Shown: positions 1 to 10,696 of the stretch, piece after piece
How positions within the stretch are numbered: the first letter of the stretch is position 1
Layout of the letters: every line of letters starts with the position of its first letter
Assembly: GCF_947507565.1 (NCBI RefSeq)
Contig: NC_089179.1
Coordinates: 862,681 to 926,680 of the forward strand
DNA: 64,000 nt
Reading direction: 5' to 3'
DNA from: Oscarella lobularis
Taxonomy: Eukaryota
The notes under the pieces: model-generated
The model's database searches: none
What the model saw: only the letters and a program-made list of their open reading frames with translations
What the model was told of the DNA's origin: nothing
Made by a program: the position numbers and the translations under genes

Positions 1-1344
1 ATGAGGCTCGTCACAAACCTACACGTCTCAAGATGGTACTATATCAACGAATTGTGTATTTCGGTAAAACCAACCTTGAAAACATTCTCGCTATTTATAA
101 GACCGAAACCGGCGTACGTCGACTGCAAGTTATTGAGTGCCTACAAAGAATAAGAAAACTTTGGGGAGTAGCAGTTTGGTTCTCACCTGTCTCATATCTC
201 CTTGGGAAGTGAAAATAATTGCTTCAAGTCCGTCGTCAGTTTTTGACACCTTAGCAAGAGACGCCAAAGTTCTCAAACAAAGGCTTGTGATGAGAGAAGT
301 ACAGTAAAAACCTCTTCCTTTTCACAGACATCAAGAAGTCGCGACAGCACTTCGGCATCAGTCAATCGCACAAATCGTATAACAGCACAACGCGATTGAA
401 TGGGTTCTGGAGAAGGTTGTAGCAAAATCTACGGTCAGAACTCAGTGTGACGCTCACCGATGATCTTCTCGGATTGATTGCAAGCTAACGCAAATCTTGT
501 CGTACTAGAATATATCTCCATGGTCCTTCTTAGAGCCTGCTGAGCACCTTCAGTCATGCTATAAAGACGTCAACGGACAGATAAGGCAGATACACATCTT
601 GTACCTGTCAGCCTCATCCAGAACAACGATCTTATGACGACCCTTAGGTAACGTGACCTTCTGTTGAGCAAACATTTTAATTTTGTTGCGTACAACGTCG
701 ATTCCCCTTCATCACGTCGTTGAGTGTCAAGGAAATGTAGGTTTTAGTCATAACCTGTCATTTGATGCATTTAATTCCAAGACGGCGTCTTTGAACGCTG
801 CTCCCAAGAGCGTTCTAGCTAAGCATAATATGCTCGTCGTTTTTCCCGTACCGGGAGGTCCCTGATTAATTAATTAATTAATTAATTAATTAATTGTGAT
901 TTTTGTACAGCAATTATTATGTTGGGCACATTTCCGTGTTCTGCAAACACCTGCAAATGGAGAAAGTCTTTTGGGGCGTCTCTTCGAGTTGACAACGGAC
1001 CTCAAGCCTTTTCACTGTTTCCTCGTTGCCAACTACATCGCGTAGTCGAGTGGGACGATATTTCTCCACCCTGAATCAAAGATTTAACGAGTCGGCGTCA
1101 GTTCTGGAGGCAATGCGAACCATGGAAGTTCGTAGGTCTTTTTCGCCCGTTTTGAGCCTGCGATCACGCCTTTTGTTTCTTCTACTTCCGTGACGTCCCT
1201 TTGGGATTTCTGATCGTCTTTTTCGTCACGAATTGGCTCGTCAACGGCCATTTCTTCGACGTCGCTCATTATGTCTCGTGTGTTTCCATGTCCCGGACAT
1301 TCTAACGGCGCTTTGAATTTCTCTCCGCAATGGCGAGGACGCAA
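1..1344 (-). CDS. RFC2: Replication factor C subunit 2 (RFC2 / yeast Rfc4 type), multi-exon; the 3' end runs off the window start
   Basis: Minus-strand exons translate to ELPW|[57 protein letters not shown] (Walker A), [97 protein letters not shown] and [22 protein letters not shown]. This is near-identical to RFC2 over these blocks. GT-AG introns of 45-80 nt. The start is M at 1344 or the internal M near 1272. The final exon is cut at position 1. Confidence 0.88.
866..894. repeat. (TTAA)7 microsatellite inside an RFC2 intron
   Basis: Direct read: ttaattaattaattaattaattaattaatt between the exon ending ...IIIA and the exon starting GPPGTGKTT. Confidence 0.9.
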
Positions 1345-1486
1345 ACTGGTCCGAACGCGGCAAAGAAGAAACGAAGGGCATTAGTGAGGCGTATTGTTCT
1401 CGAGACTTACTTCCTCTAACGACGAACACAGGCCCAGTCTCCAAAGCGACAAGGGAAGAGAGCCAAGCGAGCCAAAAAAGAAAGGA

Positions 1487-2165
1487 ATGGAGGCAAACGC
1501 GAGCGAAAAATTTATCCGTCTAAAACGACGACTTCAAGATGGCGTCAACTTGGCAAAAGAACGCTCGAGACGATGGAATCTGCTCTGAAACAAGCATCGC
1601 AGTAGGCGGCAATATCTCGCGCCTGCAAAATTGATGTTTTTGCTAGACTTTGTCTTGAAGATGTAGGCGTAGGAGCAAAGGAAATTGTGAGCAGAGTTCA
1701 AGAGAGGTCAGTGACTTGCACGTATCTAAGCAACCTAAGCCATTTGATCAACTGAAGGCTCTTGGAACGGCTAAAGGCAACCAAAGGTCCCGCGTCTATT
1801 CGACAAAAGTCTTCTCGGATTCAAGGAGTACACATTTATTTGAGTAACGGTCTGCAGCAGCTTATAGTGTTTTGTAGTTGAATGTAGCTGAGCTGGTGGA
1901 AATTGGTGAAGAGGAGATAGAACGTTTGGACGAACACGTTGAGAATAAGAGACTGTGGGTGGCATTGCACGAAATCTATTATTCGATGTAAAAAAGACCG
2001 GATTTCTTAGACATTTGAATGAAAGACAAGAAACTGATGATGATGCAAGACTGCAAAGGCTGGAACAGATCGTTCTCAAGGTAATTGAATTGCCGCAACT
2101 CGAGTTTTGTGCAAGGATTTCATTGTAGACACGCTTACCAGTTGCTTCAGCAGAAGATAACCTGA
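1487..2165 (+). CDS. Hypothetical multi-exon gene divergent from RFC2; function unknown
   Basis: ATG at 1487 (MEANASEKFIRLKRRLQDGVNLAKERSRRWNLL). Downstream protein-like exon pieces are flanked by GT donors: ...EIVSRVQER|gt, ...LNVAELVEIGEEEIERLDEHVENKRLWVALHEIYY, ...NERQETDDDARLQRLEQIVLK|gtaatt. No family recognised. Confidence 0.2.
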
Positions 2166-2287
2166 AAGACATACTTGTCAATGCACTACCGGCTAATTAG
2201 GCTATGTACCCCTCACATGACAATGCAACAAAATATCACGTGATCGCAGTGGCTGTACCGCTAGGGTGTGGCACCGATTTGTGCTCA

Positions 2288-4792
2288 ATGGAGAAGCTTT
2301 TCGTCGTCCTGGTGGCGTCGTCGGTATTCGGTGCATCGATTTTATCAGCGCCACTTGACGGCGACTGCGTTCGAGCGTTCAAAAGAGAATCTGGACCGTC
2401 GCTTCGCGACGGCGCTTGTTTCGAGCTTCTCGCCGACGTCGTCGTAGCACGAAACGCGCGAATGCGAGCGTGCGAGACGATTCGTCGCGACGGATTGTGC
2501 GCGCTGCTGCAAAACGCATCGCTGTGCGAGAAACTAAGCGGTAAGCGATCCCCTCCCCTCTCCGCCCCCATTTCATTCGTCGAACGCTTCGAAAACCGCG
2601 TTCTTTTCCAACTCCGCCGCAACAACGATCCCATTCAGCCCGAGAACCGGCGATGTTGTGACGTATTTTCGTTTTGCATCTTTGGGCGTAGGTGGTGGTG
2701 GCGTGACATCCGATGCCGTCGTCGCCGAATTCCTAATGGAATGCCCCGCGTCGTGTCTTCGCGGTCGATTTCGTCTGTGCCCCGAAGACGGTGCGAGTAC
2801 GTGAAATTCCGCTCGCCTTTGTACAAACTGTATGCATGCCTTTGTGCGACAGAGCCCGCCTCCGCCGTCTCCGCTTCCCGGAAGCCGCACTACGTCACAC
2901 TTCAGAATCCGGCACCGGGTACAAGTCTCCTTTCGCGCACGCGTTGACCACGCCCATAATTAAGATTCTTGATTTTTCTCAGGAATCGCTCTCGCCGAAC
3001 CGTTCATACCAGAGCTGACGCTGGCACCTAGGACACCAACCAGCAGCAGTCCGCCGCCAACCGCTCTGACAACAAACGCTTCGACGTCAACGACGTCGAT
3101 TTCAGAACGGAACCAAGGACGGAACAACGAGCAGATGCTGATAGGCGTTGGGGTTGGCATAGGAGGTTTTATTGTGATTGCCGGTGCTGGTCTCGTGGTG
3201 ATGCTTCGCTGGCGAAGACGCGTGGCGATGTCGACTCGGTCGAAGGAGCTAGATGATCCTACGGGGATGGTGGAACTGCCCGAGGATCCTGTTGCCGTTG
3301 TTGGCACGCTTCGACCTCGTCACGGGGATCACAAATCCAATGCGTCTATCACTCGCGTTCATATTGGTAATAGGTCCTCGGGGTAGCCGAATTTTTTTCT
3401 TGGATTTCTTTTTTTAGTTTCAATTGGCGTTCATTCCGCTGGACATCATCCCATCACAGACGACGACGTGTACAGCGAACAAGTGTGCCCTCAGCCGTTT
3501 GTGGTGCCAGGATGGACCATGGATTCGCTGCAGCAGCAGCTCTTAGCGGGAAAATTCACGACTCCCGAAGTGCTGAGGGAGAGCCTGCAGTCAGCTGGAA
3601 TGAAGTTGAAAGGAAGGTGAGGAGACACGTGTGTATAACGAGATAATAGAAGATAAAAAGGGAATGTTAGTGGTTCGTCTGGTGAAGGAACTCCTAATTG
3701 CAATGTATATGCCGCACGCTACAGAGGAGAAGCCGTCGATTTGAAGATGCTCTCCAACAAGCATTCTCAAGAGAATAAGTACGTAAAATTTTTCGTTTTT
3801 TGACGCTGCGCTGACTATGTACGATTCTAAGGCTCCAGTTTTTGCAAGAGGCATTTATTCACGCTCAGTTTTTCCATCCAAATGTCGTACAATTGGTTGG
3901 GATGGTAACCGTCGACGATCCTCTAATGATGGTAATGGAATGCATGGAAAACGGCACCCTTCAGCAGTACATTCAAAAGCAGTAAGAGAGAACTCGTCAA
4001 ATCTTCTCTCCGCGTGATTCCACTTCTTAGCAATGGAAGTCGAGTACCTATCCGGCTTCATCCGGCGTTCCCACCGGGAACAAGCAGTCTCTTTGCCATG
4101 GCACACGACATTGCGTCCGGGATGACGTATCTCGAGGCGAAGAACTTTGTGCACGGGGTAGGGAAGAAAGAAAACAATGCTGGGGCCTTTGTTTGAGACT
4201 CTCTTCCTGTAGGCGTTGACCAGCTCCAGTATCTTCGTGAGCGTTTCCGGCGCGTGCAAGATTAGCAACTTCGGCGCCAGTCTCAAGCACTACATGCGCA
4301 AAGAAAAGGACGCGCCCTTTCGGCTCATTCATTTGCCCGTTCGATGGTCGGCACCCGAGGTTCATACCATATTGAACACGTGGGGTAAACATTTTATGCA
4401 ATTCTTTTTTGCAGGTCTTGGAAAATAGCCACTTTTCCATTGCCAGCGATGTGTGGAGCTATGGAATAGTTCTCTATGAGCTTTGGACTCTTGGTGCCAA
4501 GCCCTATGAATACCTTTCAAATATCAAGGTACACACACACAATTTCAGTAATTTTCCGTCATTTTTTGTTTCTCTGTTTAGGTTTCTGAGCAGGTGCGGT
4601 CTGGCTATAGACTGCCTTGTCCGTCAAACTGTCCAGCCCATGTTCACGAGACTATGTTGGACTGTTGGTATGGAACAGAGCAATTTTCTCTGTTTTTTTT
4701 ATTTGAATTTTTGCAGGAATTCGAATCCGACAGATCGGCCTAGTTTCCGCCACATCTTATCTAATCTTCCGGCCATAGCAGAAATGTGCTAG
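2288..4792 (+). CDS. Single-pass receptor tyrosine-kinase-like protein with a degenerate (pseudokinase) catalytic core
   Basis: Signal peptide MEKLFVVLVASSVFGASILSA at 2288. Cys-containing ectodomain. TM helix IGVGVGIGGFIVIAGAGLVVML followed by basic RWRRR (about 3140-3230). Kinase subdomains lie in exons 3480-4790: GSSGEGTPNCNVYAARYRGEAVDLKML (Gly loop plus Lys), FLQEAFIHAQFFHPNVVQLVGMVTVDDPLMMVMECMENGTLQQYIQK, LFAMAHDIASGMTYLEAKNFVHG, ...IFVSVSGACKISNFGASLKHYMRKEKDAPFRLIHLPVRWSAPEV, LENSHFSIASDVWSYGIVLYELWTLGAKPYEYLSNIK, VSEQVRSGYRLPCPSNCPAHVHETMLDCW, NSNPTDRPSFRHILSNLPAIAEMC, then stop at 4790-4792. The HRD-Asp is missing and DFG reads NFG (4267-4275). Confidence 0.72.
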
Positions 4793-5307
4793 CAGGTGGT
4801 CTGTTCTACATATCATCAGCGCTATAATTACACGTGTACAGCGATAAGATGGCTCAAGTTTATTATTGTTCTTATACCTAATTAAAAAGCCCACTTTGTT
4901 TCCATTGTCATACTTTTCATTTTGTCTGCTAGATCATTTTCCTTAGTACCAGGACTTCCTAAAGATCAGAAAGTTCTGCATGTCTGAGTAGGTATCTCTA
5001 AAATTAGCCTTTGCCTTGCTTGTGCGCGACTTTGCTTGGATCCATTGGCAGGACAGGATAAAGCAAATCGACAATCATACTCTGAGGACTCTCGCGTGAA
5101 GACTGTTGCCTTCTAACCTAAAAACGAGCGCTCGTGCAAAAGCTGCTGAGAAATTGTTTTCGTGCCTGTCGGAAGAAAGGATGACTCAGGAGTTTTGCTG
5201 CCGTTGGTCTTGAAAGAAAAGTTCTTAGAATCATAGCAATGGATTTCTGTCTTTTCATTCATCATACCTTTCTGATGGATCAGTTCTAAGGCACGCATCA
5301 ACAAACT

Positions 5308-6281
5308 TAATAATAGAACGTTGTTTGTAAGAACCTCTCAAAGTTGTTGCAGTACGCTAGTACCTGCTTAAACGGTGTTGAAAACGGTGGGTGGTCATCG
5401 GGAGTGTAGTCATCCGACAGAGGAGGCGGATCAGCTGTCAATTTCAACAGCATTACCTACACATACACAACAATACTAGCTGGAAAAGGCCTTTCGTTAC
5501 GTCAGCTTGAACCTGAGTTGCAGTCAAATCGCCGTATGGCACTCTACCGTAAGCCATTTCTAGAGCGGTTATTCCCAGTGAATAGATGTCTGACTTTTGA
5601 TTGTACCCAGCCAAATTCTATAGCAACAGGTGAAGCAAATAAAACAACCGCAGTTTCATTGCAAACTTGTTGAAAAATCTCGCCAGCGAGCCACGGATAC
5701 GTGACTGCATGAGCAGGAAAATGATGCGCAGCTCGCTCGCGAGTTCCGTCTTTGATTGTTGCATAGACGTTTCGGAGGCCAGCAAGTCGAACGCCGCCAT
5801 ACCGATCGATCATAATGTGCCGGGCTGTCACACTTCGATGGATGTATCCCAACCCGTGCAGATAGTCCAAAGCGGAGACGACGTCTCGCAGAATAGCGGC
5901 AATAAGAAGTTCGGGCAAGCCGTCCTTGAAGCCAGCGTTTATGACGTCAGAACAAGATCCAAATTCCATGAACGGGAGCACGACCCACAGTTGATGACTG
6001 ACGACGAAGTTGACGTAATACGGCATGATGCATTCGTGTCTCAGCAGCCCGGACACAAGCAGTTCATTCTGAGATACGATGAGACACAGTAGAACAACAT
6101 CTCTATAGAAGATGTGGCATGACTTCTCTACCTGCAGCTCTTCCAGGTTCTCCGGAGAGAGAATCTCCAGGTTGGTACGCCGGACAATTAAGGGCAGCGA
6201 CGAGGACACATGATGGGCCAGATAGACGTCAGTCGCTCCATCATATCCAGTTGCTAAGAAACAGGAACTGTTGATGACCAA
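5308..6281 (-). CDS. STRADA: STE20-related kinase adaptor (STRAD) pseudokinase
   Basis: Minus-strand ORF 5544..6281 contains LHGLGYIHRSVTARHIMI (STRAD signature MGYVHRSVKASHILIS) and YPWLAGEIFQQ. A 51-nt GT-AG intron is then followed by NLAGYNQKSDIYSLGITALEMAYGRVPYGDLT (STRAD [24 protein letters not shown]...). The 3' end near 5308 and any 5' exons above 6281 are uncertain. Confidence 0.75.
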
Positions 6282-6579
6282 TTATGCCGAGACTTCTATT
6301 TCTTACCAATTTTGAGATCGCAGCAGTAGTCGTCTGCCCGAGGTAAGAAGGTTGCGTCCGCTTTTGCTGCTGAGCTCTCAGTCTGTGCTAAACTAGATCA
6401 GAAAAGTGGACGGCGTTTCTCTAGGAGCTTTACCATCGTTCGTTCGGTTAGAAGACGTTTATTTATCTTATCTGAACGTCTTCATGTTTCGGCAAAGTCG
6501 AATAGAGTCGAAACAGAGCTCAGTTTGCACTTTTCTAGCGCGCTTTCGTGTGTCTCGTGACGCGGGCTCGTGACTAAAA

Positions 6580-8319
6580 ATGAAACTCGTTGTCTTTCTG
6601 CTTCTCGGCGTCGCTCTGGGTTTCTGCGCCGGTAATGGCGTGAACGGTGGCGGAACTTGCGTCGGATGCACAGTTCTAGTCGGCTTAGTCGAGCAAATAG
6701 CCGAATATCACAATCGCACGGCTGTCAAAGCACTCGAAATGCTTTGCAACTATCTGCCCTCGGGAACCTTTCGCCTAGCATGCGACACGCTCGTCGAACA
6801 CTACGGTCCGATCGCGATCAAACTAATCGAAGAGCGCGAGTCTCCGGACGTCGTCTGTCTCGCACTGGGCCTCTGCACGAGAGAAAGCGGCGAAACGTGC
6901 CACCTATTTCCACTACCGAGCGACTATCGACGCCGCGTCGACGCGATAGCAACGCGACTCAATCTTCATCGGCAATCGAGCCTCCCGGCGATATGCAATC
7001 TGCCGGGAATCGACGAAATTTGCGCGTGGATCGAACGCTTCGCCGATCAGCACGATCCGCTCGACGACGTCGACGGCGATCGTTTTTCGCCTTTGGACAC
7101 GTTTCGCGGCGCTTCGTGGCGCGGACGCGATTGCGACGACGTCGATTCGCGCGTTCATCCCGGTCGTCGGACGACGGACGACGCGCTCGCCGATACGAAT
7201 TGCAACGGCGTCTACGGACGCGATTCCGTCACGGGACGAACGTACGAGGAACTTTGGTGCGCCGACGCGCAGTCGTACGGCACGTTGTTGCTAGGCGACA
7301 GCGTCGGCGCGCATTTTCATTTGCCGCCGGCTTGGCTCAACGTGACGCGTTTGACTAAAACGGCTTTTGATCATGTCGTTTTTATTGCCGGGAATGAGTT
7401 GGATTGGCCGCAATTCTCGTCGGTGACTGGTCACATGAATATCAGTTGGTTGGATGTTATCGAAGGTCCTGTCGATTCGCTTTATCTTCGTCTGCTTGAG
7501 CAGAATCGGTGCAATCATCGTGACTATCAGAATATAGGTGAGTACTGTAGAAGGAAAGAAGTACATTGTTTACGAAAGAGAGACTGTATCTCCCTACTTT
7601 TAGGTGTGAATGGAGCGAGAGCCAGTGCCATGGCAAGTCAAATTGTGAAATCGATCAGTCGAAATCCAGTTGACGATTATCCGCTATTTATTACATACGA
7701 AGTGGTGGGCAACGACGTTTGCAATGGGCATCCTGGAACGGAGCACATGACCACACCGGAGGAGTTCTATGCCGAGAATAAGAAGGCGTTTGAGTACTTG
7801 GATGCTCACATTCCAAAGGGATCAAAGATGATCATTTACGGGCTCGTCGATGGGCGCGTTTTGTATGACAACATGCACGATCGTATTTATCCTATTGGAG
7901 CCTTACACAACGACGTCACCTATGCTCAGTTCTATCATTATCTGAATTGTCTTGAAATTTCACCGTGCTTCGGTTGGATGAACGTGAATGAAACGTGGCG
8001 AAATAAGACTACGGAACGAGCTTTCGAATTGAACAAAGCTCTAAAGGATCTCGTGGATAATATTACGCTGACCAATATTGAACTGTTGTACTTCGACGAC
8101 GTTCTTACGCGGGTTATTGAGTACTGGAAGTCTCAGGGAGGCGAAACGTGGCAGCTGATCGAACCAAGTGATGGATTTCATCCGAATCAGTTGTCGAATT
8201 CTCTCACTGCCAAAATTGTTTGGGAAAGGCTGATGAAAGACTATCCTCATTGGATTCCGCCTGTGAATCCGCACAATCAGAATATAACGAATCGATTTGG
8301 GAATCAAGGTGGATACTAA
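6580..8319 (+). CDS. AOAH: Acyloxyacyl hydrolase (AOAH)-like secreted lipase: saposin-like domain plus SGNH/GDSL hydrolase
   Basis: A 579-aa ORF. Signal peptide MKLVVFLLLGVALGFCAG. Six-Cys saposin B-type domain CVGCTVLVGLVEQIAEYHNRTAVKALEMLCNYLPSGTFRLACDTLVEHYGPIAIKLIEERESPDVVCLALGLC. GDS catalytic motif LLLGDSVGAHFH (Ser codon about 7300). The length matches AOAH (about 575 aa). A 66-nt segment 7538-7603 (gtgagt...ttttag) is probably an in-frame intron. Confidence 0.85.
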   Translation: MKLVVFLLLGVALGFCAGNGVNGGGTCVGCTVLVGLVEQIAEYHNRTAVKALEMLCNYLPSGTFRLACDTLVEHYGPIAIKLIEERESPDVVCLALGLCTRESGETCHLFPLPSDYRRRVDAIATRLNLHRQSSLPAICNLPGIDEICAWIERFADQHDPLDDVDGDRFSPLDTFRGASWRGRDCDDVDSRVHPGRRTTDDALADTNCNGVYGRDSVTGRTYEELWCADAQSYGTLLLGDSVGAHFHLPPAWLNVTRLTKTAFDHVVFIAGNELDWPQFSSVTGHMNISWLDVIEGPVDSLYLRLLEQNRCNHRDYQNIGEYCRRKEVHCLRKRDCISLLLGVNGARASAMASQIVKSISRNPVDDYPLFITYEVVGNDVCNGHPGTEHMTTPEEFYAENKKAFEYLDAHIPKGSKMIIYGLVDGRVLYDNMHDRIYPIGALHNDVTYAQFYHYLNCLEISPCFGWMNVNETWRNKTTERAFELNKALKDLVDNITLTNIELLYFDDVLTRVIEYWKSQGGETWQLIEPSDGFHPNQLSNSLTAKIVWERLMKDYPHWIPPVNPHNQNITNRFGNQGGY

Positions 8320-8415
8320 AGTACAGTGCTTTTTTCCTTTTTGTAATTTCACTGCGTTAATCGTTAACTACACGTGGCCTCACGCCTCCAGTGCGCAAGC
8401 GTCAAGACTCGAAAT

Positions 8416-10050
8416 ATGTCGACGTTCACCGTGTTCGTTGGACGTTTGAGCCGCAGCACTCGCTCCAGAGATCTCGAAGACGCCTTTCGTCGCTACGGAC
8501 CAATGCGCCGTTGCGAATTAAAGACGGGTAAGAAGCGCGAGTTCACCTATCGAGTGCTAACGCTCGTTTTGTAGTCGGCAGAGGAATGGGTGAGCCTAAT
8601 CGACGCTCCACGACGTCCGCGACGCACTTCACGCACTTTATTTCTAGCTTACGGCTTCATAGACTACGAAGATCGACGCGACGCCGAGGTGAGGCCCCCT
8701 TTCTCCTTCCGCGATCGTCGACGCGTCTTCGCCCCTAAAACAATGATCGAATCGGCTGTAACGTGGATTGCTCTCTTAATTAAGCTTATTAGCCAGAGTC
8801 GACATTTCACAAAACCCGCGCACCACTCCGAGCCACTCCGCTGCCATGACTCTCAGTGACTCACTATAAAGTCCATATCAAAAACGACTGAAAAAAACGT
8901 GCCTTCTGCTCGCCTGCCCGCCTCCCGACTCGCTCACGAGCCAGCGACGTTAACCACGAAGATAATCTGGCGGCAGCGGCGTCGTCTTTCTTTCGCTTTC
9001 TCCTCTTTCTCCTCCTCTTTCTCCTCCTCTTTCTCCTCCTCCTTCTTCTCAGAGACCCTTTCTAAAGACGTCTCTGTCTTCTCTCAGGATGCCATCCGTC
9101 ACGAGCACGGTCGCGAATTACTTGGCTGCAACATCGTCGTCGAATGGGCCAAAGGAGAAGACTACGTACGTTCTTTTTTTTTTTAGAAAAAAAGTCTCTT
9201 CAGACGAGTAGAGGTGCGGAAACTTTTTCTGTCTTCTTTTTCTTTTTATTGTAGAGACGTCGCGGCGACTACTCGCGTCGAAGTAAGTCGGAATTCAATT
9301 CCCAATCCAAGATTTGACGTTTTTTCTCCCCTTTTCGTTGTTTCTAGGTCCCAGGTAATTTGACTTCTCGTTCATTTGTTTCCACCTGGCAAGTACCGTT
9401 TGATATGCAGGAGATCTCCTTCGCCACGCTATGGAAGGTAAGAGGATTCGACTGATTGATTGATTTATTGAATTCATTCATTCATTGATTGCGGTTGCCC
9501 TCATTCACGAATTATTCTCCCCGTTCCCTATTCATAACTGCTAATTGAGCTCATCCGCCTTTGCAATGATTTACTTTCTCTCTAAGTGGTCATTACCCAA
9601 GTAGATCTGAATGGGTCTGCGGTAGGCCTGTTTATTGCCCAACGCACACGCAGTCTTCCTCTTTAAGAAAGAATGTAATTTTGTGCGGGCCACCCGCGGG
9701 GCTCTCCGACTCTGTCGAATGAAGGAATGCGGTGTGCATGGACAATTTCTTCTCTCTTTAGCCGACGATCGCCTAGCTACGGTCGAGGCCGTCGCTCGCG
9801 TTCGCGAGACCGACGTAGGAGCCCAAGTCCGGATTACAGGCGTCATCGCAGTCGTTCGCGAAGTCGCGATCGACGTCGAAGCTATCGCTCGCGAAGTCGC
9901 TCGAGGGATCGACGTCGACGTCGGAGCTATAGTCGAGAGCCGGAAAGACGACGGAGTCCGAGTCCGGCTCGCGGTGATAGGAGAGGCGAGTCGCCGTCTC
10001 GCGAGCGACGACGAGATGATCGGAGTCCGGGGCGCGGCTCCGACAGGTGA
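8416..10050 (+). CDS. Serine/arginine-rich splicing factor (single RRM plus long RS domain), about 6 exons
   Basis: Exon 1 MSTFTVFVGRLSRSTRSRDLEDAFRRYGPMRRCELKTG|gtaag. Exon 2 (G)YGFIDYEDRRDAE. Exon 3 DAIRHEHGRELLGCNIVVEWAKGEDY (RRM RNP1/RNP2 pattern of SRSF-type proteins). Exon 4 RRRGDYSRR. Exon 5 (9409-9435) RSPSPRYGR. Exon 6 from 9761: SRRSPSYGRGRRSRSRDRRRSPSPDYRRHRSRSRSRDRRRSYRSRSRSRDRRRRR...SPGRGSDR, then stop at 10048. Frame is continuous across canonical GT-AG sites. Confidence 0.85.
8987..9050. repeat. CT-rich microsatellite (ttctcctc/ctttctcc)n in an SR-gene intron
   Basis: Direct read: tttctttcgctttctcctctttctcctcctctttctcctcctctttctcctcctccttcttctc. Confidence 0.8.
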
Positions 10051-10696
10051 GCGGATTTTGTGTAAGGCATGTTTGCTGACGGTGCAATCCGTACGCAGGT
10101 GTTCGTTAACGCCAACAGCGTTGTTGTAGATTCTGTGTTTTAACTAGCTTCGAGATTGTTCGTTATATCAACAGTTCGGGGCTGCCCCTCTGGCACGCCA
10201 AACCGGTTGGAGGATCCCACCCCTGATTTGTGTTCCATTTGTATTTTGTGGGTGGCATACCGTATTATCTCTTTTCTCCCTCCCCTCCTCTCCTCTCCTC
10301 TTCCTCCCCTATCCTCCCGACACTTAATTTCTCACGGAGACGGTTTTTCTCTAATTTCCGCTCCCGTTTAATGGAGTCGGTTTGACAAGATGGGGAGTGG
10401 GCTTGGAGTTTGTTCATCTGCCCCTCGTGGTATGTCGGTTGTACTGCATAATCGATGTTCTTTCTAATTGTGTTGTTCCTGTGCCCACCCACCGGCGCAC
10501 CACCTGACCCCGTCACATTTGTAGCTTAAAGTGTATATTGCGTTGTTTAGTGGAGGCGCGCACTAAAAGCAGTCAAACTTTGGGTATAGTAGAAAAAATC
10601 CATTATTGAATAATCAGTACTGAGATCTGCGAAACTTTTAGATATATAAAATCGGGGAGGGGGAGAGGGCATAAATTTGATGATTTAAACAGTAAG

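Noticed and set aside
6657-7358. A 233-aa Arg-rich ORF overlapping AOAH in another frame, and similar antisense or alternate-frame ORFs inside CLTC (e.g. 20265..20927 -), LHX1 (11409..12068 +) and HGH1 (13884..14333 +)
   Set aside because: They overlap strongly conserved coding exons on the other frame or strand. High GC and CpG content generates long spurious ORFs. None has homology-type features.
7538-7603. A 66-nt in-frame segment of AOAH translated as GEYCRRKEVHCLRKRDCISLLLG
   Set aside because: It begins GTGAGT and ends TTTTAG and interrupts the conserved SGNH region, so it is more likely a phase-0 intron than coding. Kept as an intron in the AOAH call with moderate certainty.
9635-10129. 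Alternative-frame ORFs across the SR gene RS exon (9635..10129 +, 9773..10087 -, 9927..10115 -)
   Set aside because: Only the 9727..10050 frame encodes the canonical RS dipeptide domain contiguous with the upstream RRM exons. The others are low-complexity frame shadows.
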